A DNA stretch of 51,039 bases from Deltaproteobacteria bacterium (GTDB lineage Bacteria; Myxococcota; JACRCW01): assembly GCA_016218805.1 (NCBI GenBank), contig JACRCW010000106.1, forward strand, positions 1 to 51,039, written 5' to 3'. A model generated the notes under the pieces. That model saw only the letters and a program-made list of their open reading frames with translations, made no database searches and had not been told where the DNA came from. Positions 43,958-51,039 of this stretch are shown here, in pieces (position 1 is the stretch's first letter; each line of letters begins with the position of its first letter). The translations under genes and the position numbers were made by a program.

Positions 43958-45478
43958 ATGACCGTGACGCCCCTGTTGGAGGCGGTGGAGCTGAGCCGCG
44001 CCTACGGCGCGTGCGTGGCCAATGAGCGCGTCTCCCTGGCGCTGCGCGCGGGCCGCATCCACGCGCTGGTGGGCGAGAACGGCGCGGGCAAGAGCACGTT
44101 GTGCCGGATGCTGTTTGGGCTGGTGCGGCCGGATGCCGGGCGGATCCTGGTGGACGGGCGGGCGGTGACGCTGCGCTCCCCGCGTGACGCCATGGCCGCG
44201 GGGCTGGGGATGGTGCACCAGCACTTCATGCTGGTGGACGAGCTCACCGTGGCGCAGAACGTGGTGCTGGGCCGGGAGCCCCGCCGCGGCGGCCGGATGG
44301 ACCTGGCGCGCGCCGAAGCGGAGACCGCGGAACTGGCGGCGCGGTTTGGGCTGGCGGTGGACCCGCGCGCGCCGGTGGGCGGGCTGGCGGTGGGCGTGCA
44401 GCAGCGCGTGGAGATCCTCAAGGCGCTGCACGGTGGGGCGCGCGTGCTGCTGCTGGACGAGCCCACGGCGGTGCTGACCGCGCAGGAGGTGGACGCGCTG
44501 CTGGCCGTGCTGCGGCGCCTGCGCGATGAGGGACGCGCGATCCTGGTGGTCACCCACAAGCTCCCCGAGGTGATGGCGGTGTCTGACGAGGTCACCGTGC
44601 TGCGGCAGGGCCGCGTGGTGGGCCGCCTGGACACCGCGGCCACCAGCGCCGTGGCGCTGTCCGAGCTGATGGTGGGCCGGCACGTGGACCTGTCCCGGCG
44701 GCCGCGGACGACGACGCCCGCCGAGGAACGCCTGCGCGTGGAGGACCTGGTGGTGCGCGGCCCCGACGGACGCGCGCGCGTCAACGGCGTGTCCCTGTCC
44801 GTCCGGGCCGGTGAGGTGGTGGGCATTGCCGGCGTGGAGGGCAACGGCCAGGCGGAGCTGGTGGAGGGGCTGTGCGGGGCGCGGTCCCCCGCGTCCGGGC
44901 GCGTGGTGCTGTGCGGACAGGACGTGTCGCGGGCCAGCGTCCGCCGCCGCCGGGACGCGGGCCTGTGCCACGTCCCGGAGGACCGCCTGGCGCAGGGACT
45001 GGTGCCGGCCATGGCGGTGGCGGACAACGCGGTGCTGGGCGTCCACCACCGCGCCCCTGCGTCCCGCGGCGGCGTGCTGCGGCGCGCAGGAATCGCCGCG
45101 GCGGCCCAGGCGCTGGTACGCGCGTATGACGTGCGGCCAGCGGACCCGGCGCTCCCGGTGGCGGCGTTGTCCGGAGGCAACCAGCAGAAGGTGCTGGTGG
45201 GGCGCGAACTGTCCGCGGGGCCGCGCGTGGTCATCCTGGCGCAACCCACGCGCGGGGTGGACGTGGGCGCCATGGAGCGCATCCACGCGGCCATCCTGGC
45301 GGCGCGGGACGCGGGGCTGGCCATCCTGCTGGTGAGCGCGGAGCTGACCGAGCTGCTGGCGCTGTCCGACGTCATCCACGTGCTGTATCGCGGGCGCATT
45401 GTGCACACCGTGGACGCCGCGGCCGCCACCGTGGAGTCACTGGGACCGCCCATGCTGGGCGCCGGGGTGGCCGCGTGA
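43958..45478 (+). CDS. Nucleoside/sugar ABC transporter ATPase (CUT2, two domains)
   Basis: 'GENGAGKST', 'MVHQHFML', 'LLDEPT', 'LSGGNQQK', 'QPTRGVDVG'. Confidence 0.95.
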   Translation: MTVTPLLEAVELSRAYGACVANERVSLALRAGRIHALVGENGAGKSTLCRMLFGLVRPDAGRILVDGRAVTLRSPRDAMAAGLGMVHQHFMLVDELTVAQNVVLGREPRRGGRMDLARAEAETAELAARFGLAVDPRAPVGGLAVGVQQRVEILKALHGGARVLLLDEPTAVLTAQEVDALLAVLRRLRDEGRAILVVTHKLPEVMAVSDEVTVLRQGRVVGRLDTAATSAVALSELMVGRHVDLSRRPRTTTPAEERLRVEDLVVRGPDGRARVNGVSLSVRAGEVVGIAGVEGNGQAELVEGLCGARSPASGRVVLCGQDVSRASVRRRRDAGLCHVPEDRLAQGLVPAMAVADNAVLGVHHRAPASRGGVLRRAGIAAAAQALVRAYDVRPADPALPVAALSGGNQQKVLVGRELSAGPRVVILAQPTRGVDVGAMERIHAAILAARDAGLAILLVSAELTELLALSDVIHVLYRGRIVHTVDAAAATVESLGPPMLGAGVAA

Positions 45479-46524
45479 GGCGCGCTGTGCTGCTCGCACT
45501 GCTGCCCGCGGCGCTTGCCGTGACCACGGTGGCCGTGCTGGGCGCCATCATCATTGGCGCGCTGGGCAAGGACGCGCTGGAGGTGGGCGGGCAGGCGCTG
45601 CACGCCACGCTGCTCACCGGCTACGGGTTGAGCCAGGTGTTCTTCAAGTCCACGCCGCTCATCCTGTGCGGGTTGGCCGTGGCCGTGCCCCTGACGGCGG
45701 GGCTGTTCAACGTGGGCGGTGAAGGACAACTTGCGGCGGGCGGCCTGGCGGCGGCGCTGGTGGCGGGCTGGCTGGCTGGCGCCGGCGCAGTGGCGACGAC
45801 GGCGGCGGTGATGGCGGCGGCGTTGGCCGGCGGCGCGGCGGGTGCGGGGTGCGGGGTGCTGCGGCACACCCGCGGCGTGCACGAGGTCATCAGCACCATC
45901 ATGGCCAACTTCATCCTGGCTGCCGGGTGCGGGTGGCTCCTGCACGCGTTTGCCGCGGAGCCGGGGACGTCCCACACGCCGGAGCTGCCGGCGGACGTGT
46001 TGTTCACGCGGCTGGGCAGCGTTCTGGACGCGGTGCAGGGCTCGCTGTTGTCCACGTCACTGCCGCTGGCGCTGGTGCTGGCCGCGCTGCTGCAGTGGGT
46101 GCTGTGGCGGACGGTGTGGGGCTTTGAGCTGCGCGCAAGTGGCCTTGCCCCGCGCGCGGCCGTGCACGCGGGCATCCGCGCCGCCGCCATGGTGGTGGGC
46201 AGCATGGCGCTGGGCGGCGCGCTGGCGGGGTTGGCCGGCGCGCACTTCGTGCTCGGCGCGCGGCGTTTCTTTGAAGAGGGCATGAGCGGGGGCGAAGGCT
46301 TCCTGGGCATCGCCGTGGCGCTCATGGCGCGCTCGCAGCCGGCCGCGGTGGTGCCCGCGGCGCTGCTGTTCGCCGCGCTGTCGCAGGCGGGCCTGTCCAT
46401 GGCGTCGCACGTGCCGCGCGAGCTGGTGCTGGTGCTGCAGGGCGCGGTGGTGCTGGTGCTGGGGGGCACCGGCCCGCTCGTTGACGCGCTGTCCCGCCGC
46501 CGTGCGGAGGTGCGCGATGGGTGA
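45475..46524 (+). CDS. Nucleoside ABC transporter permease 1
   Basis: GTGA overlap; 'GLFNVGGEGQ', 'VHEVISTIM.N', 'GF.GIAVAL'. Confidence 0.92.
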   Translation: MRRAVLLALLPAALAVTTVAVLGAIIIGALGKDALEVGGQALHATLLTGYGLSQVFFKSTPLILCGLAVAVPLTAGLFNVGGEGQLAAGGLAAALVAGWLAGAGAVATTAAVMAAALAGGAAGAGCGVLRHTRGVHEVISTIMANFILAAGCGWLLHAFAAEPGTSHTPELPADVLFTRLGSVLDAVQGSLLSTSLPLALVLAALLQWVLWRTVWGFELRASGLAPRAAVHAGIRAAAMVVGSMALGGALAGLAGAHFVLGARRFFEEGMSGGEGFLGIAVALMARSQPAAVVPAALLFAALSQAGLSMASHVPRELVLVLQGAVVLVLGGTGPLVDALSRRRAEVRDG

Positions 46525-47428
46525 GCTGCTGGCGGTGCTCGCCGGCGCGCTGCGCATCAGCACGCCGTACACGCTGGCCGCGCTGGGTGGGGCGCTCAGC
46601 GAACGCTCCGGCGTCGTCAACATCGCGCTGGAGGCCGGGCTGCTGATGGGCGCGCTTGCGCATGCCGTCGTCGCGCACGCGTCTGGGAGCCCGTGGCTGG
46701 GGCTGCTGGCCGCCATGGCGGCGGGCGTCGCCGTGATGGCGCTGCATGCGGCGCTGTGCCTGCACGCGCGCGCCAACCACATCATCGTCGCGGTGGGCCT
46801 CAATCTGCTCGCCGTGGGGACGGGGCGGTTTGCGCTCAAGGCGCTGTACAACTCCGCGGCCAACGGGCCGCGCGTGGACGGTTTTGAGACCACGTGGTGG
46901 CACGCGGTGCAGGAGCTGCCGGTGGCGGGGACGGTGGCGGGCACGCCGTTGGTGCTGGTGGCCATCCTGCTGGTCCCGGCGGTGGCGTTTCTCGTTGACC
47001 GCACTGTGCTGGGCCTGCGCATCCGCGCGGTGGGCCAGCACCCCGCGGCCGCCGAGACGCAGGGCGTGAACGTGCTGCGCGTGCGCTGGGCCGCGCTGCT
47101 GTTGTGCGGACTGCTGTGCGGCCTGGGCGGCGCGTACCTGGCGGCGGACCAGCACCAATTCACGCAGGGCATGTCGGCCGGGCGCGGGTTCATCGCCGTC
47201 AGCGCGGTGGTGTTCGGTCAGTGGCGCCCGGCGCGCGTGTGGGTGGGCTGCCTGTTGTTTGGCCTGCTGGAGAGCCTGCAGATCAGCCTGCAGTCCTCCA
47301 GCGTGGGCATCCCCGGGCAACTGGTGCAGATGCTCCCGTACGCCATGACGTTGGTGGTGCTGGCCCTTGCCGCGTCCCGCGCCAACGCACCGCGCGCGCT
47401 GGGCCAACCGTGGCCCGCGGGCCGCTGA
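46517..47428 (+). CDS. Nucleoside ABC transporter permease 2
   Basis: 'ERSGVVNIALE', 'GLRIRAVG..P.AA', 'GRGFIA', 'MLPY'. Confidence 0.92.
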   Translation: MGELLAVLAGALRISTPYTLAALGGALSERSGVVNIALEAGLLMGALAHAVVAHASGSPWLGLLAAMAAGVAVMALHAALCLHARANHIIVAVGLNLLAVGTGRFALKALYNSAANGPRVDGFETTWWHAVQELPVAGTVAGTPLVLVAILLVPAVAFLVDRTVLGLRIRAVGQHPAAAETQGVNVLRVRWAALLLCGLLCGLGGAYLAADQHQFTQGMSAGRGFIAVSAVVFGQWRPARVWVGCLLFGLLESLQISLQSSSVGIPGQLVQMLPYAMTLVVLALAASRANAPRALGQPWPAGR

Positions 47429-47432
47429 GACG

Positions 47433-48035
47433 TCAGCGCGCCGTGGACTCCCAGCGCGTGGCGCTGGTCTTCAGGCGCGGATGGGAAACCAGCAGGTGCC
47501 ACAGCACCGCGCACGTCCCCTCCGTGTGCGGCGTGACGTGGTCCTTGTTGACCACGGGGACCAGCACGCACGCGTCCGCCACGTTGGCGGTGTGGCCGCC
47601 GTCCCGGCCGACGATTCCGTAGATGCGCGCGCCGGCGGCCCTGGCCACGTCCAGCGCGCGCACCAGGTTGACGCTGACGTTGCGCACCGCGTCCCCGCCA
47701 CCGACGGAGAACACCAGCACGGCGTCACCCTTGCGCACGCGGCTCACCTGCAGCCAGCTGGCGAACACCGTCTCCCAGCCCTCGTCGTTGGTGCGCGCGG
47801 TCAGCTCGCTGACGTTGTCCGTGGGCGCGTAGGCCTCCATCCCGCAGATCTTCCGGAAGTCATTCACGGCGTGGGACGCATGCCCCGCTGAGCCACCCAC
47901 GCCCAGGATGAACAGGCGCCCACCGTCCGCCCGCACGCGCGCCAAACCGTCGGCCACGAGCTCCAGGCTGGCAGCATCCACCGCGCGCAACACCTCCACC
48001 GCCTCATCCAGGAACGCCCTGCTGAACGACGTCAT
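47433..48035 (-). CDS. gmhA: Phosphoheptose isomerase-like SIS protein
   Basis: 'GVGGSAGHASH', 'TARTNDEG', 'SVGGG..S.N', 'GRDGG', 'E...H'. Confidence 0.85.
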   Translation of the reverse strand: MTSFSRAFLDEAVEVLRAVDAASLELVADGLARVRADGGRLFILGVGGSAGHASHAVNDFRKICGMEAYAPTDNVSELTARTNDEGWETVFASWLQVSRVRKGDAVLVFSVGGGDAVRNVSVNLVRALDVARAAGARIYGIVGRDGGHTANVADACVLVPVVNKDHVTPHTEGTCAVLWHLLVSHPRLKTSATRWESTAR

Positions 48036-48619
48036 CCGGCCCTCCGCACGCCCACCAGCAGCGCGTCCACAAACCCGCCGAGATCCTCGCCCCACCAATC
48101 CGGCTCCAGGCCCCGGTCCGCCAGCACCCGGCACGCGTCACACTTGCGGGGCCCGATGAACCCCGTGCGCGTGCCCGCCGCACGGCCCGCCTCCACGTCA
48201 GTCACGCCATCACCCACCATCCACGCGGCGGACGCGGGGACACCCGAGGCGCGCAGCGCATCCTCCAGCATCCCGGGACGCGGCTTGCGGCACGCGCAAC
48301 CATCCTCGGCGCGGTGGAAGCACACGTGGCTGGAGTGAATCCGCGCACCGCCTGCCGTCACCACCTCCAGCACGCGCGCGTGGACCGCCTCCAGGTTGGC
48401 GCGCGTGGTCTTGCCCTTGGCCGCTGACGGCTGGTTGGTGACGACGGAAAGCAGGTACCCGGCTTCATGCAGGCGCCGCACCAGCACCGGCACCGCCGCC
48501 GGCACCACCACCTGCGCGGGATGCAGCGGGCTGTCTATTGTGCCCTGCTCCGGGTCCACCACAACGGCGTTGAGCACCCCGTCACGGTCCAACAACACGT
48601 GTCCCCGCGGTGAGGTCAC
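48032..48619 (-). CDS. gmhB: D,D-heptose 1,7-bisphosphate phosphatase (HAD IIIA)
   Basis: 'LDRDGVLN', 'VTNQ', 'C.H...C.CRKP.PGM', 'MVGD...D'; overlaps both neighbours. Confidence 0.9.
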   Translation of the reverse strand: MTSPRGHVLLDRDGVLNAVVVDPEQGTIDSPLHPAQVVVPAAVPVLVRRLHEAGYLLSVVTNQPSAAKGKTTRANLEAVHARVLEVVTAGGARIHSSHVCFHRAEDGCACRKPRPGMLEDALRASGVPASAAWMVGDGVTDVEAGRAAGTRTGFIGPRKCDACRVLADRGLEPDWWGEDLGGFVDALLVGVRRAG

Positions 48620-49329
48620 AACCGGAACCCCGCCTTCACGGCGTCGTTGCGGAACATCTTCACGGTATCCAGCGAATACTCCGCGAGGTCCTTCCCGTGC
48701 AGCGCCAGCTTGCCCATCAGGTCCGGCGTGCACGTGATGATGTGGCAGCCGCACGCGTCCGCCTGGAACACGTTGAGGACTTCGCGCGGGCTGGCCCACA
48801 GGATGCGCGCACCCGGCCGGTCACGGAACTGTGCCACCGCGTCCCGCATCAACGGCACCGGGTCCCGGCCGGTGTCCGCAATGCGCCCCGCAAAGATGGA
48901 CAGGATGACGTCATCATCCGGACGGAGAACCGCGTGCAGCGCGTCCAGCTGCGCCTTGGGAAGGATGGCGGTGACGTTGAGCTTCACGCCCGCGTCACAC
49001 AGGCGGCGGATGAGCGGGATGCTGCTTTCCCCGCGGGTGTTGGTGATGGGGATCTTCACGTTGACGTTGCGGCCCCACCCGGCAATCTCGCGCGCCTGGC
49101 GCTCCATCTCGGCAAACTCGTCGTCAAAGACCTCAAAGCTGACGGGCAGGTCCGTGATGGCGTCCAGCACTTGCCGCGCAAAGGCGCGGTAGTCCGTGAG
49201 GCCCGCTTTGGCCATCAGCGTGGGATTGGTGGTGAAACCGCGGATGATGCCGCTGTCCCGCGCGCGCAGCATGTCCTGCAGGTTGGCTCCGTCGGAAAAA
49301 ATGTGCACACGCAGCGTCGGTGCGGCCAT
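48616..49329 (-). CDS. tal: Transaldolase (short TalC/FSA-type)
   Basis: GAGGAG RBS; 'GFTTNPTLM', 'SFEV', 'VKIP', 'NVTA', 'GRIADTG', 'LWASPRE'. Confidence 0.92.
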   Translation of the reverse strand: MAAPTLRVHIFSDGANLQDMLRARDSGIIRGFTTNPTLMAKAGLTDYRAFARQVLDAITDLPVSFEVFDDEFAEMERQAREIAGWGRNVNVKIPITNTRGESSIPLIRRLCDAGVKLNVTAILPKAQLDALHAVLRPDDDVILSIFAGRIADTGRDPVPLMRDAVAQFRDRPGARILWASPREVLNVFQADACGCHIITCTPDLMGKLALHGKDLAEYSLDTVKMFRNDAVKAGFRL

Positions 49330-49431
49330 GGCCTCCTCGAACCCCGTCTGGTGCGGCATGGTGGAACCTGCGCGTGCGGCGGTCAACCCGGGCGCTGGAC
49401 GGAGGCGGGCGCGGACCCCAGGATCGTCGCC

Positions 49432-50058
49432 GTGAATGAAGTGCGCCCACGCTCCACGGTTGCCCGCGCGGCCATCGTCGTCGCCCTGGGGTTGGGCCCC
49501 ACGGCATTGTGGCGCGCGGAGATCGCATGGCGGTGGGGCTGGGAGGGCCTGGCCTGGGTGCGCGGTGGTGTGCCGGGGTCCGCGTTTGCCGCGTGCCTCG
49601 CAGGTGCGGCGGGGCTCGCAGTTGCCGCAACTGGGGCGGGCACGGTCACGCTCGGGCGGCGGCTCGCGTTCGTGGTGACCGTCGCCGCCGTGTTTTCGGC
49701 GGGTTTCCTCGTCGCGCGCAATGCACTGATGGAGGTGGTGGGCAACCGGTTCTTCGGGATGCTGCCGGGAGGCAGCCGGGCGCTGATGGCATCGGGCATC
49801 GTCGTGGCACCCGTGGCCGCGGCGGCAGCCGTGACCGAGTTGCTCCCGCTCTTGGGGCTCCGCCCGACGTGGAAGCACGCGCTGCTGTTGTTGGGCGCAT
49901 TGATGTGCGCGTGGCCCGCGGGGGCCGCACTGATCCACCTCTTCCCCGCCCCAGGCGGCCAGACTGACGAGATCCACGCCGTGAAGGCCGGCCACGCGGT
50001 GTTCTGCGCGGTGGTGTTCCCGGCGGCGGCCATGGCGCTGGCGCACCGCAGCAGGTGA
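49432..50058 (+). CDS. Hypothetical integral membrane protein
   Basis: About six hydrophobic segments; atypical codon usage; start uncertain. Confidence 0.55.
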   Translation: MNEVRPRSTVARAAIVVALGLGPTALWRAEIAWRWGWEGLAWVRGGVPGSAFAACLAGAAGLAVAATGAGTVTLGRRLAFVVTVAAVFSAGFLVARNALMEVVGNRFFGMLPGGSRALMASGIVVAPVAAAAAVTELLPLLGLRPTWKHALLLLGALMCAWPAGAALIHLFPAPGGQTDEIHAVKAGHAVFCAVVFPAAAMALAHRSR

Positions 50059-50221
50059 GTTCAATGCACCCGCGGTTGAGCTTCAGGCATGCCGTGGTAC
50101 CACGAGTGCTGGGGCTGACGACGGAAGGCGCCCCACGCGTAGAGCGCGCGCTGGGCGGCCAGCGCAGCGTGGCGCCTTCAGTCGCCGTCCTGGCCTGATC
50201 CGTGGGAACCAAGCGGGCTGG

Positions 50222-50842
50222 TCAGCGGCGCTTCTGACCGGCCCGCAGGCCCCGGCGGAAGCGCCGCACTGCGTCGTACGTGGTGGGTTCCGCGGCGCAG
50301 CGCACCAGGGCACCCAGGTCCAGACCCGGCAGACACACGCTGCGCTGCACCGGGTGGTAACGGCCGCCTTTGAGACGGTGCACGTCGAGTTTCCCGCCTT
50401 CGAACAGCCAGACTTCCGCGACCCCCAGGGCCGCGTACACCTCAAGCTTGTCCAGGCCCCCGGAGGTGTGGATGACCTCGATTGCCAAGTCAGGACGGTT
50501 CTTGTCCTCACCGATGATGTAACACTCGTCGGGCTCGACGGCCCGGCGGCGAGGGCGCGATTTGAGCGTCCACGACCCCACAGCCGTGAAGCGGATGTCG
50601 TGCTCGAAGCAGTAGGCCTCCACCATGCGCCCAAGGGCGCTCTTGACGGACTCGTGCGCCCTGGAGGGGCTCATCATTTCAAGAACTCCGTCGAGAAATG
50701 TGATGCGCGGCACCGGGGCGTCGCCCTTGAGGCGCATGAACGATTCAAACTGCGACCAACTCAGTCCTCTGAGGAACACCCGCTGGTCGCGCTCCTCGTG
50801 GGCGGCGGCGTACTCGGGGCGGAGGGCAGCGGCGGCAACCAT
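50222..50842 (-). CDS. Uma2 family (PD-(D/E)xK-like) endonuclease domain protein
   Basis: 'LEMMSPS..HE', 'EPDECY', 'PDLAIEV', 'KL..YA.LGV.EVW'. Confidence 0.93.
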   Translation of the reverse strand: MVAAAALRPEYAAAHEERDQRVFLRGLSWSQFESFMRLKGDAPVPRITFLDGVLEMMSPSRAHESVKSALGRMVEAYCFEHDIRFTAVGSWTLKSRPRRRAVEPDECYIIGEDKNRPDLAIEVIHTSGGLDKLEVYAALGVAEVWLFEGGKLDVHRLKGGRYHPVQRSVCLPGLDLGALVRCAAEPTTYDAVRRFRRGLRAGQKRR

Positions 50843-51039
50843 GGTGGCATCATCGGCTCCCGACGGAAGCGGGACAAGGGCACCAGGGGCCCTGGGGCGC
50901 AGGGCGATCGCATTCTGGCTTGGGAACTTGAGAGGGGGGCTGCGTTCCGGAGGGCCGTGAGTCGAGGCAAGGGCGTGTGGCTCTGAAAAAGGTCAGCGGA
51001 AACGATCTGTTGCGTGCGAGGTCAAAGGCGAGTCCTCGA

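Noticed and set aside
530..45975. Many long antisense or overlapping ORFs (e.g. 530-2356-, 6109-8196-, 20488-23187-, 29064-31403-, 44002-45975-)
   Set aside because: Expected shadow ORFs of high-GC3 genes; they overlap well-supported CDSs and have no motifs
9240..50064. Over-extended ORF starts suggesting fusions (9240, 17931, 32366-33718, 37032-38570, 48616-50064)
   Set aside because: The extensions overlap other real genes; downstream starts with an RBS or signal peptide fit better
50222..50842. Uma2 gene as a defence system or mobile element
   Set aside because: Stand-alone Uma2 genes are common and multi-copy in such genomes; no methylase, partner gene or terminal repeats are visible in this window

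Overview
GC-rich bacterial chromosomal segment (roughly 70% GC by eye) with about 45 tightly packed genes. The gene content (Hanks Ser/Thr kinase, FHA-GAF cyclase, extra Hsp70/J-domain pair, Cys-rich lipoproteins, Uma2 nuclease) suggests a Myxococcota-like deltaproteobacterium; this is an inference. Recognisable genes include a TetR regulator with a hydrolase, DUF47-pit, a Pal/OmpA-like protein with cpoB, kup, an RND efflux pair, remA, terC, a Tat-exported molybdo-enzyme, ung, rsgA, a BMP-type nucleoside ABC transporter and tal-gmhB-gmhA. No rRNA, tRNA, CRISPR array or transposase was seen. The most interesting signals are non-coding. (1) A ~740-nt stretch between terC and a Spy/CpxP-like gene (27075-27814) can fold into a large nested multi-helix RNA closed by long 5'/3' helices; it is a candidate large structured ncRNA of a class I could not identify. 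(2) A 15-unit GGGGGTCAC array phased at 21-22 bp, with variable spacers, lies upstream of the Hsp70 gene. (3) An exact 18-bp inverted putative TetR operator pair has one copy inside a coding sequence. (4) TCG/TCGA is avoided across the window, with sharp patches lacking the avoidance. All calls are by-eye motif recognition; no database searches or folding programs were run.
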